Positions 46,304 through 55,647 of a stretch of DNA of 64,000 nt are shown piece after piece. Source of the DNA: Eubacteriales bacterium (lineage in GTDB: Bacteria > Bacillota > Desulfotomaculia > Desulfotomaculales > Nap2-2B). The notes below the pieces were generated by a model. That model was not told the origin of the DNA and did no database searches. It saw only the letters and a list, made by a program, of their open reading frames with translations. A program made the translations under genes and the position numbers. How positions within the stretch are numbered: position 1 is the first letter of the stretch; each line of letters starts with the position of its first letter. The stretch is from the NCBI GenBank assembly GCA_041653135.1, contig JBAZGB010000006.1, positions 628 to 64,627 on the forward strand, given 5' to 3'.

Positions 46304-48263
46304 TAGCTTTACACCAACGTACGGCCAGGTTTAGAAGCAGGATTAAAACAAGCCCAATTATAATTCCGGACCAGAACCCATTAAAGAAACGCAGCATTGA
46401 AACGGCAAGTGGTGTGTGCAGGTGGGCAAAAGTGTTGACTATAGAAATCTGCCCGACAGCACCGAGTATAAGAAGGGGAAGGCAGGCATTGCCCCTGTAC
46501 CCGATATAGAAGAGCAGCAGCAGGAAAGGCTGCCCCAGCAAAAACTCTTTAGTCCTCGGGCGCACTCCCAGAAAGCTGTCCAGAAGCGCCCTAAATTTCA
46601 ATTCGAGTGTTGACGGGGGTAAAACCACTTCATTTCCTGTACGCATTACATATACGGCAAGAATAGCCAGGAACACGGCGCCGGCAAGAGCCCATTTGAG
46701 CAATACGGGCTTGTCTAAAAGATTAGCCAGGCTGCTCCGGAACTTGTTTGCGTTTGTTTCAGCCTGTTCCGTCTTCGAAGGAGGAGGTCCTGAATAAACT
46801 GAAAAGATCAGTCCTATAATTGCCAAAGGCAAAATATGCGCTGCTTTAACACCCATAAAGGCATCCAATTTTAAAATATAGGCCGAATCAAACAGCAGCC
46901 CGACAGTAAACAGCGCTCCAATCAAAGAGTATGAAGATGTAACTGCCAGCATGATTATACTCTGCCAGGCTGTTAACCTGCTGTTGCGCACAAATGTTAG
47001 CAGGGACAGGGTAGGGAAAATAATGACAGCGGCAAAGGCCATTAATTTACGGGCCGGGTCGAGAGCGATGAACAGTAAAGCGGCATAGATTATGATTGCG
47101 GCTATCCCTAAAACCCACCATTTGATCCGGTACGCTAATCTTTCCAGAAGCAGCAGTCCTCCGGAAATAACCCCAAGACCCATAATAAACAGTCCAAAGC
47201 GTGAAACAGCTATTGGCGGCAGGGAAGAAGCTTTTCCTGTCTTGAGGCCTTTTTGTTGAAGATCTGTCTTGAGGGCTGAGATAAAAGAGGCGTTTTCGGA
47301 CAGGGGATCTCCTGTTTTGTAATAAGTAAGGGGACGAAGCAAGAGAATCCTTATATTGCGCTCGCCGGCAGCCAGAACAAAGCGGCTTGCCAGATCGGCG
47401 GTTTCGTATTTGGGCATTTCCTCAATTTTTGCCGTATGCAGCCGGACAAGATGTTTATCAAGGAGATTGGCAAGCTTTGTCAGACCCCGCTGGGCAAAAA
47501 ATTCGATTTCAGTCACTGGTACGCCCAAAGAGCGTATTTCTTTTGCCAGATAGCGTATTTGCTTTGGATATCCCGGCACACTCGAATCATTAAATGCCAC
47601 TGCAGACAGGTTGGGAATATTTTTAAGGGGTTTAATTACACCGGCTATGCTCTTTTCATTAACTCCCTGCCAGTTGCGCAGCTGCACAGCGGCTAGTAAA
47701 CCGCAGCTGGCGCTTTCCCTCAAGGGTCCGACGGGGAAGCCAAGGCCCGTGGTTTTTAATGTTGCGTAATCCGCGCTCGTGCTGATAATATAATAATCCT
47801 TGTCCTGGTACAGATTTACTTTCCCGGTCTTTACCCTTAGTTGTTCCAAAAGTTGAAGGGCTTCGTCTTTCTTGTTTGTAAAAAAGTAAGTATAATCAGG
47901 CTTAATCTCACTGTTCCCGAGGACGTTTGCTATGTTTCCCGGGGATTCCCCGCCCAGCCTGCTTACGGCAAGGACTTCCTGCCCGGTCATTAGATCAAAA
48001 TTGCCGTAGTTGCTGATTTCGTCTGCTCCAGGCTCTTTAAACAAAATAGTTGTCAGCCCGGATTCCCGGAAAACACGCATTACTTCAGGGGCGGTTTTGC
48101 CGGTCTGCCTGGCCAGTGACTGCAGTTCGTCATACGACATGGCCAATTCTACTGTCCGGTAACTTTTCTCAGTCCTGTATCGCTGTACTGCCGCCGTTCC
48201 AGCCGCTATCATGCCTGCCGCCAGCAATAAAACAAGCAGCCTGAGGTACCAGCTTTTTTTCAC
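46278..48263 (-). CDS. Large polytopic membrane protein (DUF5693-like), the usual csaB neighbour
   Basis: 661 aa with an N-terminal extracytoplasmic domain and about 10 C-terminal TM segments. It overlaps the csaB start by 26 nt. Confidence 0.5.
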   Translation of the reverse strand: MKKSWYLRLLVLLLAAGMIAAGTAAVQRYRTEKSYRTVELAMSYDELQSLARQTGKTAPEVMRVFRESGLTTILFKEPGADEISNYGNFDLMTGQEVLAVSRLGGESPGNIANVLGNSEIKPDYTYFFTNKKDEALQLLEQLRVKTGKVNLYQDKDYYIISTSADYATLKTTGLGFPVGPLRESASCGLLAAVQLRNWQGVNEKSIAGVIKPLKNIPNLSAVAFNDSSVPGYPKQIRYLAKEIRSLGVPVTEIEFFAQRGLTKLANLLDKHLVRLHTAKIEEMPKYETADLASRFVLAAGERNIRILLLRPLTYYKTGDPLSENASFISALKTDLQQKGLKTGKASSLPPIAVSRFGLFIMGLGVISGGLLLLERLAYRIKWWVLGIAAIIIYAALLFIALDPARKLMAFAAVIIFPTLSLLTFVRNSRLTAWQSIIMLAVTSSYSLIGALFTVGLLFDSAYILKLDAFMGVKAAHILPLAIIGLIFSVYSGPPPSKTEQAETNANKFRSSLANLLDKPVLLKWALAGAVFLAILAVYVMRTGNEVVLPPSTLELKFRALLDSFLGVRPRTKEFLLGQPFLLLLFYIGYRGNACLPLLILGAVGQISIVNTFAHLHTPLAVSMLRFFNGFWSGIIIGLVLILLLNLAVRWCKANEYCKDTG

Positions 48264-48306
48264 GCCTGTTGTCCTTTCATGTCTGAAAACCCTTTATTAT
48301 CTTCTA

Positions 48307-49569
48307 TTATATATTTCCTGTAGCGCGGTCGTTTGGAATGGGGATAAATTCTATCTCATCCGAATCACTGCTATTTTCCTGGCCGGAGTCCTGCTGCTGA
48401 TCGGGATTCTGCTGCTCAGGATCGCTTTCCGGTTCATTGTTGGCTGGGTTGGAAGAATCATTTGGCCAGGTGTAGTTATCACCATTTTCACCCCAGTTAT
48501 ACTCCGGGGTCCCTTCGGGCTGTTCCTGGGTATTTTCATCCTGTACGTTCTTTTGCTCGGCTGTTGGAGAAGGCAGTGCGTTATCCTTCTCCTGGTATGC
48601 CATTGTTGTTTCAGGAGAACTGTTCTCTACAGTGTTTCCCTGGCTGTTCTGGATGACTTTCGCAACCTGTCCGTTCTTGAAAAGAGCCTTGGCGACTTGC
48701 CTGGCCTGATCGTAATCTACTGCCCAGTAACTTACTCCGTTTTGATTGGAAAAGCTGCCCGGCAGCGTCTGGGCGGCTGTTGCCAGTTGGTCAAGCTTTT
48801 TAGCCATTGATACAAGTTCAATGAGCTGTCCTGTGGAAAGGTTGGTTTTCATACATTCGTTTACTTTAGGTATTAACCTGGGTAGTTTTATTATCGTTTC
48901 GGGTTTGATTATTTCATGGGCCAGTGCTGTCAGAAAATTTAACTGGCGCTGGGTTCTGGATATATCCCCGAGAGCGTCATTCCTGTAGCGAACATACTGG
49001 AGGGCTTTTCTCCCGTCCAGGCGCTGTACGCCCGGCCAGAGATCGATTGCGTATTCCGGTCCGTCGGAGTTGTCGTTATAGTACATTCTTTTTTCAACAT
49101 CAATGGATATCCCTCCCAGGATATCCACGATGTCCTTGAAACCGTCCCAGTTGACAAGCGTATAATATTGGACGGGCATACCAATCAGATCAGAAACAAC
49201 ACTGGCTGTTAAAGCCGGTCCTCCATATACATTGGCGCAGTTTATCTTGTCTGTTCCGTGCCGTGGTATCTCCACTTTGGTATCTCTGGGTACCGATAAT
49301 AAAGAAAGCCTCTTTTGAATAGTATCCACATGAGCAACAACAATAGAATCCGTTCTTCCGGTGATTTCACCCGGCCGCGAGTCGGCGCCAAGCAGAAGGA
49401 CTGTCATAGACTTGGGAGGGGGGTTCAAATCAGTCAGTTTTGTCGGTATCCCCGGCAATTTGAACAAATATGCGTTGGCGACAAGGAAACCTGCCGCAAG
49501 AAGAACAATAACAAAAAAGATCGAAAAGAAAAACTTCCCTTTGCGCTTTAATTTTCTTTTGGGTCTCAT
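48307..49569 (-). CDS. LCP (LytR-CpsA-Psr) family cell-wall polymer ligase with an acidic low-complexity tail
   Basis: TM anchor, LLLGADSRPGE..GRTDSIVVAHVD, and LSVPRDT. The C-terminal ~110 aa are rich in Q/N/E/P/D. Confidence 0.9.
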   Translation of the reverse strand: MRPKRKLKRKGKFFFSIFFVIVLLAAGFLVANAYLFKLPGIPTKLTDLNPPPKSMTVLLLGADSRPGEITGRTDSIVVAHVDTIQKRLSLLSVPRDTKVEIPRHGTDKINCANVYGGPALTASVVSDLIGMPVQYYTLVNWDGFKDIVDILGGISIDVEKRMYYNDNSDGPEYAIDLWPGVQRLDGRKALQYVRYRNDALGDISRTQRQLNFLTALAHEIIKPETIIKLPRLIPKVNECMKTNLSTGQLIELVSMAKKLDQLATAAQTLPGSFSNQNGVSYWAVDYDQARQVAKALFKNGQVAKVIQNSQGNTVENSSPETTMAYQEKDNALPSPTAEQKNVQDENTQEQPEGTPEYNWGENGDNYTWPNDSSNPANNEPESDPEQQNPDQQQDSGQENSSDSDEIEFIPIPNDRATGNI

Positions 49570-49593
49570 CTAAAACACCTGCTTAAAAACAAT

Positions 49594-50049
49594 TTAAAAT
49601 GACAGGCTGCCAAGGTACATAAGGGTTACTGCCGACTGGGCGTGAATTCCCCGGCCGTCCGAACGAGGTACAAGAAAGAGATGATTGCAGGCTGCCGGCT
49701 GTCCGCCTGCAGCGGAAGCCCCCAGGGTAAGATCGGGAATGCCGCTTCCAACCGGGTCGATAATCACAGCTTTTCCGGATCGTATAATAAATTCTGTGCC
49801 TTCTGAAATGATTACATCCTGTCCCTGGGCAATTGACTTGATGCGCCACCGGGTTCCCGGATTTTCCGCAGTATCTAAAGCCTTTTTTACAGAATCAGTC
49901 ACGTACTGTTCGACAAAGCTTTTTGTCACCAGGGGATCAAGATGTGAGCCTGGTTCCCCTGTATCCGCCGCGATCGCAAGTCCGGCACAGGCAGCTCCGG
50001 CTACGGCTAAAACAAGCAGTAACACCAATATTGATTTGCGCTTGAACAT
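49594..50049 (-). CDS. Secreted hypothetical protein (151 aa)
   Basis: The ATG at 50049 gives MFKRKSILVLLLVLAVAGAACAGLAIA (signal peptide). The longer track ORF upstream has no support. Confidence 0.5.
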   Translation of the reverse strand: MFKRKSILVLLLVLAVAGAACAGLAIAADTGEPGSHLDPLVTKSFVEQYVTDSVKKALDTAENPGTRWRIKSIAQGQDVIISEGTEFIIRSGKAVIIDPVGSGIPDLTLGASAAGGQPAACNHLFLVPRSDGRGIHAQSAVTLMYLGSLSF

Positions 50050-50129
50050 TGGATATTTCCTCCTGATTAGTCGTTTTCCAGAAATTATTCGACAAACTAA
50101 AGACAATTTCCTGCAAAACAGCACTTTTA

Positions 50130-50852
50130 TTAGCTGCTCATGAAGTAACGGCGCAAGACCAGCCAGGAAAACATGGGCAAAACAGCCATTCTTCCGATGC
50201 GGCTGGGTTCTTTTATGAAACGGTATAACCACTCAAGACGCAGTTTCTGAATCCATGCCGGAGCCCGCGTTATCCTTCCCGCGATAACATCAAAGCTTCC
50301 CCCCACTCCCATTCCGACAGGCACACCGAGCGCAGAAAGGTTTTCATGAATAAAATAATCCTGTCCGGGCGCTCCCATTCCAACAAAAAGGATTTGAGGC
50401 CGGGATTCTTTTATTTTTTGAACAACTTCGTCTCTGCTGTCAAAGTATCCATGGTGGGTTCCCGCTATTTTCAGCTGCGGGTATTGCCGCGTCAGCATGG
50501 AGGCGGCGGCGCCGGCCACACCGGGCTTGCCGCCCAGCAGGTAAACACTCCATCCTTCCCTTGCGCACCTTGCCGCAAGACGAAGCATTAAATCAATTCC
50601 GGTTACCCGTTCCGGTACGGGACAGCGGGCAACCCTGGAAGCCCAGACTACGCCCACACCGTCTGCCGTTACAAGGCTGGCGCAATTGATCATCTTGAGG
50701 AGCGCAGGTTCTTTTTGCGCCCTGTAAAGAATCTCGGGGTTTAAAGTAACTATTTGATGGAAGCCGGGCTCACAAACAAAATGACTCACCCTGTTTTCTA
50801 TTTCATCTATGCTTAGAGCGTCAATCCAGGCATCCAAAATATTTACACGCAA
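50130..50852 (-). CDS. tagA: WecB/TagA/CpsF-family glycosyltransferase
   Basis: Family-length protein of 240 aa. Blocks: VTLNPEILY, ADGVGVVWA, YLLGGKPGVA, FVGMGAPGQD, RLEWLYR. Confidence 0.85.
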   Translation of the reverse strand: MRVNILDAWIDALSIDEIENRVSHFVCEPGFHQIVTLNPEILYRAQKEPALLKMINCASLVTADGVGVVWASRVARCPVPERVTGIDLMLRLAARCAREGWSVYLLGGKPGVAGAAASMLTRQYPQLKIAGTHHGYFDSRDEVVQKIKESRPQILFVGMGAPGQDYFIHENLSALGVPVGMGVGGSFDVIAGRITRAPAWIQKLRLEWLYRFIKEPSRIGRMAVLPMFSWLVLRRYFMSS

Positions 50853-50890
50853 TTTCGGGCAAGCTCCAAACCCATATTACATACAACTCC

Positions 50891-51334
50891 CTAATGTTCT
50901 CTTTTCATGGAAGCCAGAATTTTATCACAGATATTAACGAAGCTGTTAAGATCTTCCTGTGAAAGATCTCCCAGATACTTTCTGAATACCTCTTGTCTGG
51001 TTGCACCGCAATCCTGTAATGTTTTTTCCCCCTGAGGGGTGATCGTCAGCCAAACCAGCCTGCGGTCTTTTTCATCCCGATCACGTTTGATTAATCCAGT
51101 TTTATAAAGCCTGTCCGTCAGGGCGGTTATTGCGCTCAGGGAAACGTTCATTTCGTTGGCAACCCCGGAGACAGTCATTTTTCCTCTTTCATGTATCTTT
51201 TTCATCACGAAAAACTGGCCGCCTGTTATCCCCTGCGCCATTAAAATTTCCATCTTTTCATGTATGCGCCGGATTAACTGCTGAAGTGTTATTTCCAGCC
51301 TTTCCAAAGATGGGGATAAAGAACCTTCGTTCAA
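50891..51334 (-). CDS. MarR-family transcriptional regulator
   Basis: Winged helix: ITGGQFFVMKKIHERGKMTVSGVANEMNVSLSAITALTDRLYKTGLIKRDRDEKDRR. The TTG at 51334 has GAGGTGA 7 nt upstream. The track start at 51355 is also possible. Confidence 0.85.
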   Translation of the reverse strand: MNEGSLSPSLERLEITLQQLIRRIHEKMEILMAQGITGGQFFVMKKIHERGKMTVSGVANEMNVSLSAITALTDRLYKTGLIKRDRDEKDRRLVWLTITPQGEKTLQDCGATRQEVFRKYLGDLSQEDLNSFVNICDKILASMKREH

Positions 51335-51630
51335 AAACCGTTCACCTCTGCACATAAACTTAAGGAAACAAACAATTTATTATGTTAAGTATATGCATGT
51401 TACAAAAACATGTCAATTATTTTTGGGAATGTTAGCATAATTTAGTTGGTGTTGAGGCTTCATTTTTCAGAAATCAAGGGGCTTGCTGCAGCCTGCTTAA
51501 CTATATGCTATAATCCAAAATAGACAATAAAATGACCCGAAAATAACCCGCAATTCTAACTTGGCGCCTGTAAACTTTCATTCTTTTGAGGTTACTCCAA
51601 TTTGAGGCTTTTAACATAGGGGGGAATTAA

Positions 51631-52371
51631 ATGTTAGCGGTGGCGTTAAATACAATTGGGCTGTACCCGCAGGAAGGCTGGGGTCCTTTATTCCTGAAAA
51701 CGTTTAATGACTTTAAGGTAATCCGGGCTGTTCCCTGTGAGGAAAAAAAGGATGAGCCGCTGCAATTGTGTGAGCACGAGCAGTATGATGAACTGGTCAA
51801 AAATATATCGGAAAAATGGGATCCTTCCCAAAACATTCTCGAACTCCGGGGGCCGAAGAACAAACTGCAAAAAACAGTCCGCTACATGTTCTTTTTCAAC
51901 CCGGACAAGAAAATTGATCGGGTTTTCCTGGAGGATTGCAGCGGAATGCTGAGTTTTCCCTGGGCATTGCAGGTTTTTATTCTGAATTCGCCTGAACCCG
52001 GCCATGTACCCGGACGAGACTTAATTAACCAGGCTGATATCTTTATTCTGGATGCACAGTGCGGGGAACAGCGCCGGGAAGCGCTGGATCAGATAAAAAA
52101 GTATCGGCCTGGCCTTCCTGTTTTTACGGAAAATTTGCAGGAAGGTATTTCCGGTACGCTAAAAGGTATTCTGGGCAAGCTTTTTGCCGCCTATTTAGAA
52201 AACAGGGACCGGGTGAAATTGGCTTTGGAAACCAATTATTCGGACAAGCAGATAATCTGTGAACAAGCCCGTAAAATGGCCGGTAAACTTAAAGTCAGCC
52301 TGTTTCTATTCGGCAGTGTATGCGACGAGTGCGGGTATGCCATAACTCAATGCGGTTTGGGATGTTTTTAA
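51631..52371 (+). CDS. Hypothetical protein (246 aa) with a C-terminal Cys motif
   Basis: It lies divergent from the marR gene and ends ...FGSVCDECGYAITQCGLGCF. No domain could be assigned. Confidence 0.5.
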   Translation: MLAVALNTIGLYPQEGWGPLFLKTFNDFKVIRAVPCEEKKDEPLQLCEHEQYDELVKNISEKWDPSQNILELRGPKNKLQKTVRYMFFFNPDKKIDRVFLEDCSGMLSFPWALQVFILNSPEPGHVPGRDLINQADIFILDAQCGEQRREALDQIKKYRPGLPVFTENLQEGISGTLKGILGKLFAAYLENRDRVKLALETNYSDKQIICEQARKMAGKLKVSLFLFGSVCDECGYAITQCGLGCF

Positions 52372-52425
52372 TAAGGCGTTCAAACTTCATGTCAAGTTAA
52401 TGGCACTGTTAAAGGTATGAAGCCG

Positions 52426-52455
52426 TTCATGCGGGGGTCATTCATGCGGGGGTCA
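52426..52455. repeat. Perfect tandem duplication, 15 bp x 2
   Basis: ttcatgcgggggtca (52426-52440) is immediately repeated at 52441-52455. The site is intergenic between convergent genes. Confidence 0.95.
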
Positions 52456-52516
52456 GGCTTGACTTATTTGACCGGGGGGTAAATCAAATCGGAGTTATCG
52501 CCAGGCAAGGCGGCTT

Positions 52517-53371
52517 TTATTTCTTGAAGGCTCCGGTCATTAGTCCGCCGACTAAGAACTTGTTAAGGAAAATAACAATTAAAACCGGAGGCAGGATGGC
52601 GAACATGCCGGAGGCCATCATCAGCCCATAATTTATAGAACTCTTGCTTACGTACTGGGTGATTAAAACAGTTAATGGCTTGGTTTCCACCGGTGAGAAG
52701 ATCAGGGGCAGTACAAATTGACTCCAGCAGCTTAAAAAGATCACCATGGCAACTGTGATTACCCCTGGTATGGCCAGGGGCAGGATCAACAGCATTGCCC
52801 TCAAACGCGAAGCCCCGTCGACGTAGGCAGCTTCTTCCAATTCAACAGGAATTGAATCAAAATAATTTCTCATAATCCATAATGCAAGCGGAGCGTACGC
52901 TGCGGTGTAAATTAGCGTTATTCCTGTCTGGGTATCCACCAGCCCTAAAACTATGATCAGCCTGTACAAAGGGATCAGAACAGCATAAACGGGAATTGCC
53001 ATAGTTGCTATTAATATAGCGAATAAAGTGTTTTTTCCCTTGAAATCCACCCTGGCAAAAGCATAACCGGACAACAGGGCGATGACGGTTGTAAGCACGG
53101 TAGACGCTATTGACGAGATCAGGCTGTTTAAAAAAGCTGACCTAAATTCGTTCCAAATGTTTGCGTTATAACTGTCAAGAGCAAAAAGCTGACGGTAGTG
53201 TTCAGTGGTAAACGGTAAAGGCAGATAACTTACTGTCTTGCTGAATAATTCACTGCCTGGCAGCAGGCTTGCCCGCAAAGCCCAATAGATAGGGACAAGG
53301 GACCACAAAACAGTCAGAAAGAGAATTATAAAAAGGAATGCGTTTTTTTTAATCCTCGGGCGTCTTTTCAT
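52517..53371 (-). CDS. Carbohydrate ABC transporter permease (MalG-like)
   Basis: Six TM segments with the EAA loop EEAAYVDGASRLRAMLLILPLA. Confidence 0.88.
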   Translation of the reverse strand: MKRRPRIKKNAFLFIILFLTVLWSLVPIYWALRASLLPGSELFSKTVSYLPLPFTTEHYRQLFALDSYNANIWNEFRSAFLNSLISSIASTVLTTVIALLSGYAFARVDFKGKNTLFAILIATMAIPVYAVLIPLYRLIIVLGLVDTQTGITLIYTAAYAPLALWIMRNYFDSIPVELEEAAYVDGASRLRAMLLILPLAIPGVITVAMVIFLSCWSQFVLPLIFSPVETKPLTVLITQYVSKSSINYGLMMASGMFAILPPVLIVIFLNKFLVGGLMTGAFKK

Positions 53372-53374
53372 AGG

Positions 53375-54256
53375 TTAATAATGTTTTACCCCCAAACGGT
53401 TAATTAATGTTGTTATTGCCAGAGTGACTATCATAGCGATCAGGGAAAGAGCCATCCCGAGGCTTACTTTAAGGTCCCTGAAAGCGAGCAGGTAGGCCTG
53501 GATTAATACTGACCTGGTGTCAAGCGCTGTACCATTTAATACGTATATCTCGTCGAACAGCTGGAAAGCGAAAATGGCGCCCAATGTTAAAGAAACTGCC
53601 AGAGCCGGTTTTAACATTGGCAGGGTAATGTGCCTGAATTCCTGAAGGCCGTTGGCGCCGTCAATTTTAACGGCTTCATAAAGGTCTTTATCGATTGACT
53701 GCAGTTGAGCCAGTATAATCAGCGTACAGAGAGGGATTATTTTCCATGCATGGACGATGGTGATTAAGAATATCGAATACTGGGGCATACCCATCCATAT
53801 TTTCGGCGATCCGATGATGTCTGCTTTAAGCAAGAGGTCGTTTAATAAACCGGAAGAAGGGTAATAGATAAGTTTCCAGATCAGCCCGTTGACAACAGGC
53901 GGCAAAGCCCAGGGTAAAATTATTACAGCGAGAAGTAAAGCGCGGCTCCGGAAGTTGTTTTTTAAAGCCAGAGCTACTATAAGGCCGCCTGCGGTCTCGA
54001 TAATAATGGAAAAAACGAAATACAAACAGTTGTTTCTCATAGTCTGCATGTTTGTTATATCGTTGAGCAGTTCCGTATAATTACCGGTTCCAATGAATCC
54101 AATATCATTTGGTTTCATGAGATTGACTGATCGAAAACTGTCGATAACAGTGGTAATCAGCGGATATATGATAAAAACAACTGTAATTAGAAGAAGCGGG
54201 GTGATTAACAAATAAGAGAAGAGATTTTTTTTAGCCATCAACGCCACCATACGCAA
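53375..54256 (-). CDS. Carbohydrate ABC transporter permease (MalF-like)
   Basis: Six TM segments with the EAA loop YEAVKIDGANGLQEFRHITLPMLKP. Confidence 0.88.
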   Translation of the reverse strand: MRMVALMAKKNLFSYLLITPLLLITVVFIIYPLITTVIDSFRSVNLMKPNDIGFIGTGNYTELLNDITNMQTMRNNCLYFVFSIIIETAGGLIVALALKNNFRSRALLLAVIILPWALPPVVNGLIWKLIYYPSSGLLNDLLLKADIIGSPKIWMGMPQYSIFLITIVHAWKIIPLCTLIILAQLQSIDKDLYEAVKIDGANGLQEFRHITLPMLKPALAVSLTLGAIFAFQLFDEIYVLNGTALDTRSVLIQAYLLAFRDLKVSLGMALSLIAMIVTLAITTLINRLGVKHY

Positions 54257-54292
54257 AAAAGGTTATAAGCCCAAAAGGCTTATAACCTTTTT
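54256..54292 (-). promoter_or_regulatory. Perfect 16-bp intercistronic hairpin between the binding-protein and permease genes
   Basis: aaaaaggttataagcc-caaaa-ggcttataaccttttt. On the minus strand it is followed by a T-run. Confidence 0.8.
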
Positions 54293-54304
54293 ATGCATTC
54301 AGAA

Positions 54305-55618
54305 TTATTTCTTGCTTTCCTTGGCCAGCTTTCTGGCATTATCCGCAATATGTTTTATGCCTTCATCAGTGCTCATAGTTTTTTTGGCAATCTGGTTCAT
54401 AGTTGTTGCAACGTCAGTTTCAAAAGCTGAATACCATTCTGGCGCCCCCTGCGGGAAGAGAGGCTCGATTGTGGGCATGACTTCCAGCACAGTTTCTCCT
54501 CCGGGAAGTTTGTCTTCTTTTACCAGTTCTGATATTGTGCTCTTATGGTTCGGAAATATTCCGAGTTCCAGGAAAAGCCTTTTTACGTTCTGAGGGGTGT
54601 TTAACCATCTGATAAACTCGGCGGCGGCTTCCTTGTTTTTGGATGCCGCAGGGATACCGACTGCTTCCTGCAAACCGTATGTCCTGCTCTTGCCGTTGAT
54701 ACCGGGCACCTTAATAACTTCAACTTCATTGGCGACTTTTGATTTTTCGGGATTCTTATAATCCTGGACATTTCCGGCCCAACCGGCAAGGTCAATTGTC
54801 CCTATGCCCTGTTTGTAATTTTCGACAACATCCGTCCCTTTATATCCTATTGAAGCCGGGTCGATGACCTTGTTGACAAATAATCCCTTGACCAGGTAGT
54901 CCATAGCCTTGTATCCGGCAGAATCCTTGGACTCGAAAAGCGGTTCCCAGTTTTGATCAAAAAGTTCTCCGCCAAAAGATTTTGTGAGCAGGAACCAGGG
55001 TGTTGTTGTAGCCGATGTAGCGGAGAAAGGCACTATAAAGGGATATTGATCTATCCCTTTAGCTTTAATCTGTTTGGCCGCTTCCATCAACTCCTCCGGT
55101 GTCGCGGGGATGTTTCTTATTCCTGCCTGCTCAAAGCGCTGCTTATTGATATAAGTAAGCCTGAAGTCGTTGTAAATGGGTATGGCAAGGTAATCGTCCT
55201 TATATTTAAAAATATCCCTGGTACTGATATCGCTCATAAAATCTTCATCAAAATACTTATTTAAAGGTTCATACCATCCTGCCTCGCCAAATTTACCTAC
55301 CCAGTCCCAGGAAAACTCGGTGACATCGGCCGGAGCTGTCTTTGCGGCGCAGGAGGTTACGATTTTGTCCTGTAAAGGTTCCCAGTCCAGGGTTTCCAGC
55401 TTTACTTTAATTCCTGTTTCCTTTTCAAATTCCGCCAGCATTTCATCAGAAAAAGCGTACCACGGCGGCAGAAGTACCTGAATTTCGGATCCGGCAAATT
55501 TCTGCTGCTTTTCAGCTTCTTTGGAAAACTTTTTGTTTGAGCATCCCATAACTCCGGCGGAAAGTACGGCGATAATTAAGAAAATTATCAGAGCCTTTAT
55601 GCTTCCGTATTTCTTCAA
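54305..55618 (-). CDS. Sugar ABC transporter extracellular solute-binding lipoprotein
   Basis: Lipobox VMGCS, with family-1 SBP size and sequence. Confidence 0.88.
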   Translation of the reverse strand: MKKYGSIKALIIFLIIAVLSAGVMGCSNKKFSKEAEKQQKFAGSEIQVLLPPWYAFSDEMLAEFEKETGIKVKLETLDWEPLQDKIVTSCAAKTAPADVTEFSWDWVGKFGEAGWYEPLNKYFDEDFMSDISTRDIFKYKDDYLAIPIYNDFRLTYINKQRFEQAGIRNIPATPEELMEAAKQIKAKGIDQYPFIVPFSATSATTTPWFLLTKSFGGELFDQNWEPLFESKDSAGYKAMDYLVKGLFVNKVIDPASIGYKGTDVVENYKQGIGTIDLAGWAGNVQDYKNPEKSKVANEVEVIKVPGINGKSRTYGLQEAVGIPAASKNKEAAAEFIRWLNTPQNVKRLFLELGIFPNHKSTISELVKEDKLPGGETVLEVMPTIEPLFPQGAPEWYSAFETDVATTMNQIAKKTMSTDEGIKHIADNARKLAKESKK

Positions 55619-55647
55619 TAGTTATCCCTCCAAAAATTATAATTTAT

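Noticed and set aside
48211-48810. 199-aa plus-strand ORF
   Set aside because: It is antisense to the 3' low-complexity tail of the LCP gene and to the intergenic DNA beyond it. No independent support exists.
49685-50143. 152-aa plus-strand ORF, together with the long 212-aa version of the minus-strand ORF 49594-50232
   Set aside because: The plus ORF is antisense to a secreted-protein gene. The minus ORF is trimmed to the ATG at 50049, which yields a canonical signal peptide.
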